A stretch of DNA of 63,833 bases, counting the filler, from Choristocarpus tenellus KU-1152 (taxonomy: Eukaryota > Protista > Phaeophyceae): NCBI GenBank assembly GCA_964200185.2. It is 10 parts of 10 records of this genome, joined end to end, with 100 filler letters (N's around TTAATTAATTAA, not from the genome) between each part and the next. Parts side by side here need not be neighbours in the genome. Positions count along the whole stretch, not along the records: positions 1 to 21,332 come from CAXNAD020000350.1; positions 21,433 to 25,158 come from CAXNAD020018277.1; 8 more parts are not named here. One strand, given 5' to 3'. The notes beneath the pieces were generated by a model that did not search any database, was not told the DNA's origin, and worked only from the letters and a program-made list of their open reading frames with translations. Each line of letters opens with the position of its first letter. The stretch's first letter is position 1. This document shows positions 11,841 to 25,158 of this stretch, piece by piece. The position numbers and the translations under genes were made by a program.

Positions 11841-14041
11841 GTGAGGACCTTTCGTCTCATCCGTCCAAATCCCAATTCAACCTCTGATGGACCAAATGCG
11901 TTTCACCGGATCAGTAATCCTTCTAATGCACAAGCCAGACAATTCTTGAAACCTGGCTCTTGCCAGATGCAAGGAATAGAAGACCTACCAAGTCCCCATG
12001 AACGGCAACAGCAGGGGTATGAGCAAATCTATGGGATGGTACCAAAGAGTATGCGGACACCCATGGGCAAGGGAGAAAATATATTATTGGAGAAGGGGGG
12101 GGGAGTTTGTGCTGGGCTGCAGTCTACTGGGAACAGAGCCTACCATGGCCTGCGATTCTTGGGGTTGCTGGTGGATGAGAAGGGGAAAAGTATAGTCGAG
12201 GTAAGTGACAATAATCAAGTATCAAAATAAGTTCCTCTGGACCCACATGTTTTCTCCTTATTATTGTGATTTATGCAGCGACATTTACATTGTAATAGCA
12301 CTGCCTGGCTGGCAAAGACAAGCAGTGAGGCAGTCTAACTCTATGAGAGGAAGTCAACACAATTGTGTTGGACATAAAAGATTGTCATTGGCTAAATGAC
12401 AATTTCAAAACCGAGGTGGAGACGCTATCCAGGTTGTGAAAAATGTACCCTTCTGAACTCTGGCATATTTTTATCGCGAACTTCCCAAAAGGTTTATGAG
12501 GGTAGTCTTCACCAGCAGGCTCTACAGAGAGAAGCACACCGTGTACTTTCTCAACCTCAGAATGTCGGACGGTCTCTGGAGCTTGTGGATGGCGTGGCCA
12601 CAGTCAGTGTACAACACAATTCTGTTGAAGCCCTGTGTAAGGCGTCAAGACCCTTTAAGAAGGTGGGAAGCACCCAGATATGTGACCTCTTCCCATGTAG
12701 ATCATTTTGAGGTTTACTAAACCTTCCAGAACATACAATTCTCAACACACAGTTTCAAGAGGCGATGCTAAATGTCATTATCTAATGGAACAGGATGTAC
12801 GTACAAATCGACCAAACATAACTGGTTGGATGTATTTGGCACAACAAAACACTCTGTTGTACTGAGAAAGGTCCCAAACCTGAGTTTGTAATCTGAGCTA
12901 AACACAACTTTGACATTGTCCCAAGCAAGTGGAAGGCAGAGCATCATTTCCATCCTCTTAAGTTACCATGAGACTTCAGAGTGGGTTAAAAGCAGTGCAG
13001 TTCTTATCGCTATTTTACTCTGAAGGGTTCATTCAAGTGCTGACAGCCAATGGTCATCTACACCAGAACGATAACACATTGTTGGCCAATCAGAATTGCC
13101 ATGGAGGTGCAAAAAAAAAATGCTGTACCTCGATGGCAAACCTTGAATTGATTTCGGAGCAGAACTTCTTGGGTCTAAGTCTACCTCCTGCAGAGCTCGG
13201 TACATTGACATTGCTAAATTGATCAACTATATCTTGACTGATACCATAAATATTTTACATGTGCAATAAAATCATTTGGAAAATGTTACCATGATAAGGT
13301 AACAATCGAGTTTTCGGCAAGCCTTACAATGCGAGAGTCACCTGATCCAGAGGGATACATGTCTACAACACTTGAAGTGCTTGAGGTGAGCAATAAATGT
13401 TGACACCCTATCCGTGCAACTCTAGAATATAATCGCTTTGAGAAGGGCATGTACTCTGATTGCAAGTACATAGGTACTGAGGTCGAGACAAGGCCGTGCA
13501 TATTTTAGAAATTCAAGCTTCATTGCAAATATAGACGGAAGCCCTACTAGCTGGACATATCTCATATTTTGAATCTCAACTACAACCACAGCACGAGTAA
13601 ATGATAACGGTCCGTTTAGATTGCCTAGAAGTTTATCAATATGCAAACGATGTGGAGTAAAGCCAGATTTTGGATACACTGCACCTTCATTAATACTCTT
13701 GATGATTTGACCAACATATCAACATTTTTTTTTTTCTTCATCACCGTACATGCACACTGTATATATTCCTCTGAAGTAACAAAACATATTGATAGATCAG
13801 TCGAAATAAAAAAAAGGTAGTAGAGGAAAAAATTACCATGACCTTAAGGTAGACATACCATGGAATATTGCAGCACTTCCTGTAGCACCAGAACTTTGTT
13901 GAAACGTTTCTTGAAGACTAAGAAATAATGTGTGCATGAAAGTAAATTTTACCAATAGTGTAGTACCAAAGCCATGCTCTGGGACTACATCCAAGGCATG
14001 GATCACTTTCAGCTTCAGGCACAGTTGCGCTTCGAGCATTT

Positions 14042-14220
14042 GACTCAAAGAGTCTGGGGGGAGGTAGCAGCTGTCCATTTGGGGCCTATTTTTTCATGTC
14101 GTTATTTTTGTGTGATTTGGTTGCATGCATCGGATGGATAATGTAAGTGGACTTCTCCTGGTCAGGGCCCAAATGGACACCCTGGTGTAGCCCCCCCCCC
14201 CCTCCCAGATACGTTGAGCT
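14042..14220 (-). mobile_element. MITE family B
   Basis: Both TIRs present; flanks attt/cttt. Confidence 0.85.
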
Positions 14221-14338
14221 CTTTCTTACTCAATTTTTTTTCAGAGTGAAAAAATATGCTGCATATTCATTTTGAGCTGGTCTTCTAGGCTGTGTATGTG
14301 ATGAAAGTGAGTAAACTGTGTCTATGATCAATCCTCAG

Positions 14339-17300
14339 GACACAGCAGGTATCAGCCATTTGTATGTGCTGGATATGTGTCATGTCACAGACAAACAAGA
14401 CCCGAGGGATGGTTCCACAAGTCTCATCAGGGCCGTGCTGGACAACAAGCCGGTATGGTGTTCGAAATGTTCAATCAGATCAGAGCCAAAGTATACGAGA
14501 GGTACCCAGTTTTGGGATGTTTTTCATTCCAAGTCAGTTTTTTACCTTTTGCATTTCACTCATATTTCTAAGGATGAAATGCCAAGTTTTACTTGATAAT
14601 GTTGATTTCTCAATTCTTTGAAGAATTTCGACGCAATCCAGAGAACACAAAAAAGACGAATTTTGAACATTTTGGCAGCACCCTCCAAATGCAACTCTGG
14701 ATACCTCTCGTCTAATTTTTCTCTCAGCGATGATAACTGTGTATTCTAGATTGAACTGCTCGGCCTGGCCTGATGCTCTCCTATACCATCTCAAGAAAGG
14801 ACTGAACTTTCACCTGGATTGCAGCATAGCAGTACTGCTGAAAATGCTTAGGAACACTGTAGTAATAGTAAGATTCGGAATTTACTGGCACCATCTGTTG
14901 TGTAAACCTGATTTTACTTTGGCTCCAGGAACTGGTGAAAAATCTTCTGGCCAAGGGTGTCAATATTTCGATTGCAGACGATCATCAGCGCACCGCTCTT
15001 CTCTACAGTGTGATAAAGAAATATGATGATATCACCCAGATGATATTGAGGCACCACAGTGCACTTGTCCGCAAGAGTATAAACAGCAATGCACAAGGTG
15101 GGAATAGATTAGATCCATGGTTAGTGCTACACCACCACTGTAGAAGTTGAAACAAGTACCTTTAATCGTCAAACGGGGTAGTTGAAACGACTCTGCACAA
15201 ACAAACAAAAAATGCAAGTGAGAATAGGTACTGATGCACATATATATATATATATATATTTTAATACAATCTGTATCCACATCTTCGACAATTTTGGCAA
15301 CTGCGAGAGTTGCCAATCGTAAGTATTTTCGACTTGCTCCTCACTCCCAGGGTCCGGAAAAAGTGTAAGCAGTATTTTTTCTGAAAATGAAAGGAGTGGG
15401 AGGGCAACGTCCTCTGTCATTGATGAGCAGGCAATGCTGGACCAGAGAGACTACAAGGGTACGGCAGCCTTACACCATGCTGTGGCGGATATGGAAGAGA
15501 GAAAGGACATCGTGCAGTCTCTCTTGCAAGCCAAAGCGCAGGTCAGTTGGTTCCACACTGGCTCTATGTCACAGTGTGCAGAATATGTTAGACCAGTGCC
15601 CTTGTCAGCTTTCGACTCTATGTCTCAGAAGTCCCCTTAAAAACTTGAAGATATTTGGCCGACGTGTTCCTGAGCCTCTATGTTGTTGAATGTGTTGAAG
15701 ACGCTTTCACCTTTCACTTTCTTCACTCCAGTGCTCTGCTACTTGAGTATTGCTCCATGGCCTGTCACCTATATATGTTTTTGTGAGTCCAAATGCACCA
15801 AAGCCTCATCAATTGAGAAAACCCTCCAGCATTGTAAATATGTAACTATGTTTGTTTAGTTCTCTTTCCTTCATCTATTTTTCTACAGTTGTTACATTTT
15901 TGAGCCAAAGTATCTTAGAGGGTAGGGCCACGTCCATTTGGGCGTAAAAATCCAAAGTTGCGATTTTGATGTAATTTTGGCTATCGTGTTTGTCAGGAAG
16001 TGTCAATATCCTTGTTTTAGACACAACTTTTCATAACATGTACACTTTACCTACTCCAAAACATTTTGGAGAAGGAAATATCATAAAAGAACCCATGGGA
16101 AGCCAAGCACCAAGTGGACAAATAGGGCAAAAATCGCACCCTCAAAGATACTTTCACTCTTTTTGTGTCTCTCCTCTTTTTCCAGATACATTCTTCTTCT
16201 ATTTAGTTTTATCATGGGCCAAGGCATGTTGTATGTTCCTACTTTCTCATTGACAGCATTTGCCAAATGTTTGTGTTTGATCATCATTCCTAAATAACCT
16301 CAAATGGAGGCTGTAGTTAAGAGATATTCGAAGCAAATGCCTAAGAGAGGTAATAGCTGACGTATGGCTTGCTGTTCGATCAGTCTGTCAATTTTGTACA
16401 CTGCGCTCACAAGAGGTTTAACTTGGACATTTCCTTTGGTGTGTTTATTCATATCTTCCATTTTGAATATTCACATTTGTGTGGTTCAACAACAGGTGAA
16501 TATCAGGGATGCAAATAAGAACTCACCACTGCATCTTGCTTGTCAATATGGTCATGTCGACATTGTGAAGAGCCTCATCAGATATAGCGCCAACACTGGT
16601 GAGTAACAGGTCATATATCATTTTTAATCACCCTCATTCCCTCACAGGGGTGGCAAACCTACTCCAACAAAAAACTAATCGATTCACTAACTTATGCCAA
16701 AATCCAACCACGTGCCTACCACCCTAGTCAATCAACGTTGCTGCATCAAATGTTTCATACCTTTCCGTTCAAGTTCAGGTTAATCGGGTAGATTTTTGGT
16801 CGTGGGACCTCATAGGTCCTCATAAAAAATATGTATCTATAATCTGTAAAAAGAATATTATTTGCAAACAGACCAGCTTGGCCTGGAAGTAGGATATAAT
16901 GAAGGGTTAGTAGTTCCAAATTGGTCAGCCGCTTCCACAGTATCCCAAGATGCTGCAGGATAGGGGGAAGGGGGATTGCGAGTCATTGCCCTTGTTCATC
17001 AAGAATCAAGTGTCATATAGGTGGGGTGAGCCGAAGTATATTAGAGGGTAGGGTCGCGTCCATTGGGGGCCAAAATCCAATGTTGCGATTTTGATGCAAT
17101 TTTGGCTATCGTGTTTGTTAGGAAGTGTCGATATCCTTGTTCTGGACAGACCTTTTCATAACGTAAACATTTTACCTACTCCGAAACATTTTGGAGTAGG
17201 AAATGTAATTGAAAAAACATGGGTTTCCAAGCACCGAATGGACACACAGGGCAAAACTTATAACCTAACCCTAAGATACTTTAACTTGGTTGGAGTTGGG

Positions 17301-20274
17301 CAATTATGTTGTTGAGAGGCATATAATTATGATGTCTGATACTACACTTTCATGACTCAGAAGCAGGTGATTGAGAGGTGATGGAACAGGTTGGAAAATC
17401 TCTATTAGAGAATCACCAACAAGTCAATAGTGTAAGAGTTCTCACTGGGAAGAGATTCCAAGTTAAAGAAAGCTAAATGGTCCTGAAACTGTGGTCGCCT
17501 TGTAGGCATCAGCATGGGATTGTTGTTCAACTAAGCTCTCTCATGCAGGATCTGGAGAAACGCCAAAATTTTACTCCAAGTATCAGGACATTACTCTGAG
17601 CCCATTGAGTATTCCATCTGACGATATACCTGTTGAAAATATGACCCTGACTTGTGCTGGTTAGGTTCCCTGTCTGTGTTTCCCATATATGTTTATACAT
17701 CAGGTATAATCGATCAATTACCTGGGGCACGCTTGTAAGGTGAGTTAAACATATCACTATCATATCCAATTGAAAGCGTTGTGAATATTTCATTTTTCTC
17801 AACAACTAAAAGAAATTTCCAACAAGAAAAATCCCCTCTCTGACAATTCGTGGTGGGTGCCGTTGGATTTTTTTCTCCCAAATCACCTCAGGTGCACGGA
17901 ATGTGATGTTGATGACTCCCCTTCATATTGCTAGTCAGTGTCTACATATTAAAATTGTAGGCATCCTACTGAAAGAGAATCAGGTGAGCAAAAGCATTAT
18001 GCTCACAACTGCCCACTGAAACAGTGCCTTCATCTCCAGTTACCACAACTGTCACCAAAGAGTCAACAAAATATTCAGGAATTTGCATCACCTTCAAAAC
18101 TGACATACGGCCTCACCCACATGCAATGCGTACATATATCACCCAATAATCCGTCCTCAATTTGTATTTCAATAGTGGACATGTGCTGGATACCCTGGAA
18201 TATTAGGTTTGGCCCAGTCACATAGTCAGACCTCCAATCGTAACGCAAAATTAGTGTGGGCCAAAAGAGCAACTATTCCAATCAAATAGATACTTCATAT
18301 TCATTTTCAACTATATCACGCCAATGACCTTTAGGAATCGATGTTCATTTTGTGTTTAACACCACTATGCAATATGATCTTTATGCAATATTTGTGCTAT
18401 GTGCTCCTGTTAATACTATACGCTACAATAAGCATCATGACGTTCTAGCAATGTCTTTCATCCTCCTGTGTCTCCTGGCAATCACAGGGGTCAATGGTCA
18501 CGGCTGAAGATAGTCGAGGATGGACTGCGCTACATTATGCTTGTCGTAGCCACTCAAATACAGGGGTCACCGCAAGAGATGTCGACCTTGACCTTATTAA
18601 AGAAGAAGAGGAAGAGGTAAACGCCAGAGACTGTTGACATGCTCTCTCCTCACAAGCACCTAGCATAATTCTAGATACCAGAGTATCATCAAACTGGCTC
18701 TTCGACATAATGGTCTCCTTTACCTGCCTCGGATGACATCTCAATAATACACCACATGTGTTGCATGTAGGTGGTGCAATTACTGCTTCGGCATGGTGCT
18801 AGCCTCCACAACCTCGACAAAAATGCCAACAAGCCGCTTGACTTCGGGAAATACTTTGATGAAAATCAAGCAGAGATTATGCAGGCAGTGCATGATTCAT
18901 TAGATTTCAGGTATGACACTTACATTGTAATATCCTATATAACATACAATATCACGAATTGAGAAATGACTGGGTTCACCCTGATGTTCCAAGAACAATG
19001 ACTCTAAAGTTGCATTGATCAGCTGTCCACACAGGTGCATGTCTTCTAAAATAGTGCCACCTGCCAGTTAATTACTCTTGCCCTCGCCTCTAGATACTTC
19101 AAAAAGACTACAACATACGGATGTTCCTAGTTGGTGTGACCCAATGAAGACTCAGCTGCAATGTTCACAATACTTTTTCATGCACAGGATACAACATGCA
19201 ATTGAGCTCTTCCGGACAGTAACATCAGTACCCAGACGTCTCATATTGTGGCTGCGGGGAAAGGGGGGCACTTGGTATGCTCACCCAATACAGGTAAATC
19301 CCGTCTCAGGTGGTTTGAAGAATTGCTCTCAAGTTTTTTCCTCAGTGTGCAACCTTGTCTAGAAACTGTATGTTTTTGCTACCTATATTTTGTGAGTCCC
19401 TCTATGGAGTGGAGCGATCTATACCAGACCAGGGGAACTCATAATCATGTTTAAAAACCTTGCATTTTGGAGTAGTATTTACCCTAAGTCGCATCACAAA
19501 ACAGTATACAAGGAGTATGGGAGGGCAGCAGAAAAATAATGTGGCAAGGCCTAGGTCTCCTAGAACACGAAGTGTGGGAGAACCAACTTGTCTTGGATAT
19601 GAATTCTGTAGACTTGTGGAACCCGAAGTAATACAAAGGCAACAGTACCTAGAGGAATGTGTAAAAGGGCTTCAAAGTGGAGAATATTTGAGATAACAGT
19701 TCACTTTTGATACTGGTGCACCAGGTCCTTCATCGTCTAGAATACCACAGAGGAAAGCAGAGGTTCCAGGCAGCAGGGTGCACGTTTTCATCCGCGAGGG
19801 TTCAGGAGGTACAGAAATGCCATGAATATACCTGTTATTCCCATTTGCAACGTTGACACTTGAAATGACAGCAAATTCATAACAATCTTTACCCAACCAC
19901 TGGCTTGAGCGTTTTGAAGTTTGTGGAGGTTTCGTGAATATGTCTAGCATATAACCACTTCGATTTCCTTAGTTTGGTCTTGGATAGCATGTTGGAACAC
20001 TGCTGCACTGTCCAACCCTAACCCTAACCCTAACCCATCTCGTGTGGTGGATTCCTAACTATAAGGATTTGACACTTGACCTTCAAGGCATATTTCCTCC
20101 ATGGAATAAAATTTGTTTGACACCACAGGCAGTGCATGAAGAGTGGATCATAGGAGGGCACCGTCGCCGCACCATGCACATGCTACTTCTGTACATCCTC
20201 TATCTTACCAGCTTCACCCTTTCTGCAGTCTACAATTCTGGTCAAAACCGAACAAGCTCCTATCAGCTCACTAG
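14339..20274 (+). CDS. Ankyrin-repeat protein followed by a transmembrane helix resembling polycystin-2/TRPP S1 (partial at both ends)
   Basis: Nine phase-compatible GT-AG exons: 14339-14452, 14929-15097, 15351-15541, 16496-16598, 17892-17983, 18488-18616, 18771-18910, 19188-19293, 20129-20274. Ankyrin motifs include DGSTSLIRAV, RTALLYSV, GTAALHHAV, NSPLHLACQYGHVDIVKSLI, TPLHIASQ and GWTALHYAC. The last exon encodes the hydrophobic stretch MLLLYILYLTSFTLSAVY. Confidence 0.85.
15902..16159 (-). mobile_element. MITE family A (intron of the ankyrin gene)
   Basis: Both TIRs present; flanks tttt/tttt. Confidence 0.92.
17028..17287 (-). mobile_element. MITE family A, telomere-like TIR variant, inserted in an older repeat
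   Basis: GAGCCGAAGTATATTAGAGGG ... AACCTAACCCTAAGATACTTTAACTT; flanks ggt/ggt. Confidence 0.9.
20014..20036 (-). repeat. Short interstitial telomere-like (TTAGGG)n tract in an intron
   Basis: AACCCTAACCCTAACCCTAACCC. Confidence 0.7.
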
Positions 20275-21297
20275 GTGATGACAGGAAACGGAGAACAACA
20301 ACCCACCTTGGAACTGCCATCACAGAGTTCTAACTTTGTTGAATGCGCCCTCTGTAGTCAGCTTCTACTTCGGTGAACAATGTCTCTGCAGTTGATTATG
20401 ATAAACTGTAGGAAAATGACAAAGTAAGACAGGAAGTCGATGACTGGTTTATGCTCTTGAAATTTTGATGGATTACTTCAGTGGGCATGAAATTGTGTCC
20501 CCTATGCTCAATTTCACCTCCAGGACATTCCGTTGGTACACATGCTGTTCGTAATTTTATGTTATCTTCACCCTCAATGTTGATACTACTGACCTTGGCA
20601 CAACTTTGAGGGGTTGATAGAAGAGGCACATATGAACACATCGCTCCCTGGGAACTATTTATTCCAGTGTTGGGCAGAAACACATGGGGGTCATATTATT
20701 GGCAAGAATTCTCAGAATGCATACTGGCTCACATTGTGCGTAGAGTAACTCTGTAAGAATAATCCATAATTCTCCAGAGTGTGCATATCAAATAATAATA
20801 TATTGTGGTGAGTTGTCCATACTGACTGAAACCCTTGCTGACTACCTGCTATTTAAGATACCCCCTACCACTAAATATCACCTTTAGAAAACGGCTACAT
20901 AATGCATTTGGCATGTGTGTGAAAGTTTATTCACTATCATTGTGGAAGCTGGCATAAGTGATACTCTTGCACACCCTTTCTTCAGCTCATATGAACCTGT
21001 ATGTTTGCAGCAGAACATGAGCCTCTGGGGATTGAACTCCTAACATACCCCCCCCAAAAAATGTATGAGCCGGAAGGATGTGTTATTCACTTTTCATCTA
21101 TGATGAATATGAATTTTTCCCTTCAAAAATGTTGACAAGATGAATGTGGTATTCAGATAATTTTCCTTCTTTGGGCAGGCTGTCAACTAGAAGTGGTCAT
21201 TCAAACTGGCCACTACTAAAGGTCTACTTTACCACCATGAAATTGTTTTGAGAGTGTATCATTATTGCTCAGCTTAAGTGGCCTGTTTGGATTGCGA

Positions 21298-21332
21298 GAC
21301 CCAAAGTATCTGGGGGGGGGGGGGTCTACACA
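21298..21332 (+). mobile_element. MITE-B terminus at contig end
   Basis: GACCCAAAGTATCT-polyG-TCTACAC. Confidence 0.8.
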
Positions 21333-21432
21333 NNNNNNNNNNNNNNNNNNNNNNNNNNNNNNNNNNNNNNNNNNNNTTAATTAATTAANNNNNNNNNNNN
21401 NNNNNNNNNNNNNNNNNNNNNNNNNNNNNNNN
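21333..21432. other. Artificial contig linker. Identical linkers at 25159-25258, 29434-29533, 35884-35983, 40420-40519, 46726-46825, 50852-50951, 54183-54282 and 60664-60763
   Basis: Exactly 100 bp each: N-run, TTAATTAATTAA (stops in all six frames), N-run. Confidence 0.97.
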
Positions 21433-24400
21433 CCATCCTCCTCCTCCATCACTGTCATTGGTGCTCTTCCGGAGCCACATCTGAGGCAGCACTGACCCAT
21501 GCCTCCCCAGGTACAGATCAAGGTAGTGCTCCCTCACCTGAGCTGGCGTTTTTGCCCGGTGCAATGCCTGTATATTTATAGTGTATAATTATAGTGTATA
21601 TTTATAGTGCAGCAGTCTTAACGGTAGAACTAACAGGTGACGTTTTTTCAGGACCACACAACATCAAAATCAAGGAGCTAACAATCAAGGCTTGACCCCA
21701 GCAAGGGTGGTGGGAAGAGAGCTAAACACAGTATCCCTACTCAAGTTTAATAGTTAAAACAAAACACAGCATGCAGGACTATGCTGTCCTTTTCTACTGG
21801 CGTCCACAATGATCACAGCACACACGCCATACGCATGCCCTACTACACAAACACACACACACACACACATACAAAACAAGAATCAAGTTCAAGTGCACTT
21901 ACCCAAAAAGAGAAGAGAAATATATACATACCTTGTTTCTTTTTCACACTGCTATACTAAAGTCGCATTTCGTAGTTACATAAACAAGGTAAACTACATG
22001 CACACTGGCTCTTTGGTTGTCCCACTCGATCTGCCTGCCCACAAGACCCTTTCTCACATCGCTGATCTCATCCCAGCTACCCAGTCCCAGTTTCCGAATG
22101 TGGTCCACCAAGGTAAGCTCTTCTGCAGCCGTCCAATCCTCTGCAAGATCAACAACAAAAAACTAGTAAATCGATCGAATTTGAGCACATTTTTTTTATT
22201 TATAACAGAAAATGCTGCAACGATCTTCATCCCCCAAAAATCTGCATAGGAGTGGGGTTGTCAAAAAAAACAACATACCAAACAAAGTCCAGTAAAGAAC
22301 AACACAAGGCATACAGGAACACACGCTTCAAAATCACTGTATAAAATAAAATAAATAATATATCAACAACAACAACAACAAAAGATTAAGCAATGGTAAT
22401 ATAATCAAGGGGAGCAAGCATGAAAAAGGAATCTTACGATGAACCAAAAAAGAGAATCAAAATACAACTGGGTGTGGGGGTCCATGGAGAGTATTCCAGC
22501 AGGAACTCATTAGGAGGGTGTTGGGTGGGTGGGAGAGGTCAAAAAGGTGCAACCTATCACGCAAGCTACCCTTCACGATGAGACCCCAAAGTATGCATGC
22601 CTAGTGAACAAAATAAGGGGAAAAAAATGATAAGAAGGAAGGAGAGGGATGATGTGTCCTCCGAAGTGAATCTTCCTGCCTCCATCGGGCATCAAGGGGA
22701 AAAAGGGTTTGCCTGTATGTACATTGCAGAATCTCTAATGTGACAAAATCAGTAATGAAACTACATTGCATCAAGAGTGAGGTGGGTGTGGGGGGAGGGC
22801 ATCATCTGCCAGTTTGCACAGCAGGTGGCATCCTACTTCCTCGATGTGAGACTACTGTACTACTCAGGGTATATTCTGTTAGCATAAACATTTTGTCATA
22901 AAACACAATGTCGGCCCCTTTTTTTCAGCTTGCTGTGACACATATTTACAGATGACACCTCTGTGAGAACACTTTTGTAACAAATTACATTTCCTTTGGG
23001 ACAGTTTTTTATTTGCATTAGAGTAGAGTGCACATAATGAAGATCCACAAAAAATAAAGGAACACGTGCACAAAAGTTTTAAGAATAAAAACGGACAACA
23101 GGAAGTGAAATAGAAAATATGAAGAGTCCATTTTCAACAACTTCCAGAGTTCATACCATGCTTTGCTTTGACTGATCCTACCAATTCTATTGTAAGTAGT
23201 TTCATCTCAATTTGTAGCCCTTTTCATAGAACGACATTAAGTAAGATAGAAAACATGAAACATCTATTATCAATAACTTCCAGAGCTCATACAAAAGTTT
23301 GGCTTGACTGGTCCTACCAATTCTACTGCATTTAGAAAGCTATTGAGTAAATAACACACACCTTACTCTACCTTCAACTAGAATAGTTTTATCTCTTGAT
23401 CTTAGAATAAAAAGTTATCAAAAAAAAAGAAGCCCGTAACCTTACTCATAACTTGGTGCTGATTTGCTGAGAACAAATAATCCTCCCCTATTACTAGCAC
23501 TATAGTCACCTAGGAAAAACAAAGGCACACCATCATTCAACAGACAGAACTTCTGGGAGAAAAGAGGTGGGAAGTGAACAGCATTACAATAATTTCTCAG
23601 ACCTAGAAAAAAAAATGAAATAGAAATCAAGCACACCTCCAAATACAGCAACGAACAGGATGTGGGCAAAATAATTTTCATTTTAGAGTAGAAAGCGCAT
23701 GTTGTAAAATTCCCCCCCCATAACTCATCACAATGCTGTAGATATGATGATGCTCTTTTGATGGAATTCTCAACTCTCCATACAACAATGAATTGATCCT
23801 GGCGGTACAAACTACACCGACTGCACCCACCTGAGAACAAGGGAAAGCTGAGGCTGTCCATTACTCTATATGGGTGGTCACCCTTGTGCCTCTTTGTTTC
23901 TACTCCGGTTGAAAAACATGAAAGGCACAAGTTTATCTTTTCAATGCACTCTGCACAACGGATGCGAGACATCTACTTATTCAGATTAACAATGGGTGAG
24001 GAAGGGGGCAAGGAAGGGTGTTTGGGGTTGGCGGTCAGTGTTGCTGAACGTGAAACTGCGGTAAAGAAAGATGTAAGGAAGATAGCAAATGTGGCTCGGA
24101 CAGGGCAGGCAAAGGGAGAGTGCAAAAAGTGGCCATTGGTCAGAATGAGCCAAGGCGGGTGGGGTAGGGATGATTTGTGGCGAGGAATCATCACGGTAGG
24201 ACGAGCAGGGGCAAGGGTACAAACGAAACTTTGGTATGTAACTGTGTAATGTCGATATTGCGGAATTCGTCACAAGAAAAGACCAAGTGACTCTGACTAA
24301 TTCCCACCCATACATCTCATTGTGGCTATTAAGGGTACTCCCAATTTCCACCACCATGTCTCATGTGCAAGTTGTGAATATTCTGGTGAAAAAATTGAGG

Positions 24401-24872
24401 GTTTCTCACCAGGAAATTTTGTAGGTCATAGAAGGTGGAAAGTATCTATTCTTCCTCCTTCGGAACACAAGCGGGATATCACATTTTTGTGCAATTTTCA
24501 AGACTATCTAGCATGTTAAACTCCCCTAGCTTAGAAAATAAGCACGGTCCAAGGAGCTACTCGGAGTCCAGAACTCATTCAGTGGAAAATGCCGAGGAAT
24601 TACGAGGACAAGATTGCAACGGATGACGAAAAAGGTGGGGAAAAAGGATTATCTGGTAGGCTGGGATGGATGAGGTATGCTTAGGAAGCTCTCGCACAAA
24701 AGGCACAATTAACACTCACCCCGTTGATATCCTTTTTACAGGATTCACAAGGTATTTTGGAATCATCTTTCTGAGGAAGCATGTCCAAAACCGTGCGGTA
24801 TTCCTCCTTCGACATGGTGTCTGGAGCGGTCTCATCAACAAAACCACTAGATTTATCTAAGGAATTCGACAT
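21433..24872 (-). CDS. ADA2: Transcriptional adaptor ADA2 (SAGA complex): ZZ zinc finger plus SANT domain, 3'-truncated by contig end
   Basis: Exons 24872-24720 (MSNS...CESCKKDING), 23972-23831 (RIRCAEC...LCLSCFSTGVETKRHKGDHPYRVMDSLSFPLFS), 22140-22058 (EDWTAAEELTLVDHIRKLGLGSWDEISD) and 21567-21433 (KTPAQVREHYLDLYL). The ZZ-SANT order is diagnostic for ADA2 and the splice phases match. Confidence 0.92.
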
Positions 24873-25098
24873 CGTCCCACACAGAGAGCTCCCTAGTCGT
24901 GGTATACTATTTTTGGAGGGGATGATGTATTTGAACCAACTGAAACCTCCACTGAACATGATATGTATTTGGGGAGTGTAAGTGGAGTGCTCGACGCCTC
25001 ATTTAAATAACAACACCATTTTTTCTTTTTTATTGACTACTTGTTGTATATGAGTTTATGATCATTCTACTTTTTTTGTAGAACTATAGATACGTATG

Positions 25099-25158
25099 AA
25101 TCGTGTGATTCTGTGGCGGCGTGGTTCACTCAGGCAAGGGTGGCGAAGAGAATCACCG
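25099..25158 (+). repeat. Near-identical 60-bp dispersed repeat end (second copy at 46360-46419)
   Basis: AATCGTGTGATTCTGTGGCGGCGTGGTTCACTCAGGCAAGGGTGG(C/T)GAAGAGAATCACCG. Confidence 0.9.

Noticed and set aside
21333-21432. Recurrent palindrome TTAATTAATTAA inside N-runs
   Set aside because: It is a synthetic six-frame-stop linker of fixed 100-bp length. Any synteny across these linkers is also rejected.
23446-23509. Possible extra ADA2 exon with good AG/GT sites
   Set aside because: At 64 nt it would shift the frame, and the ZZ-to-SANT junction is already complete without it. It remains conceivable only as a poison exon.
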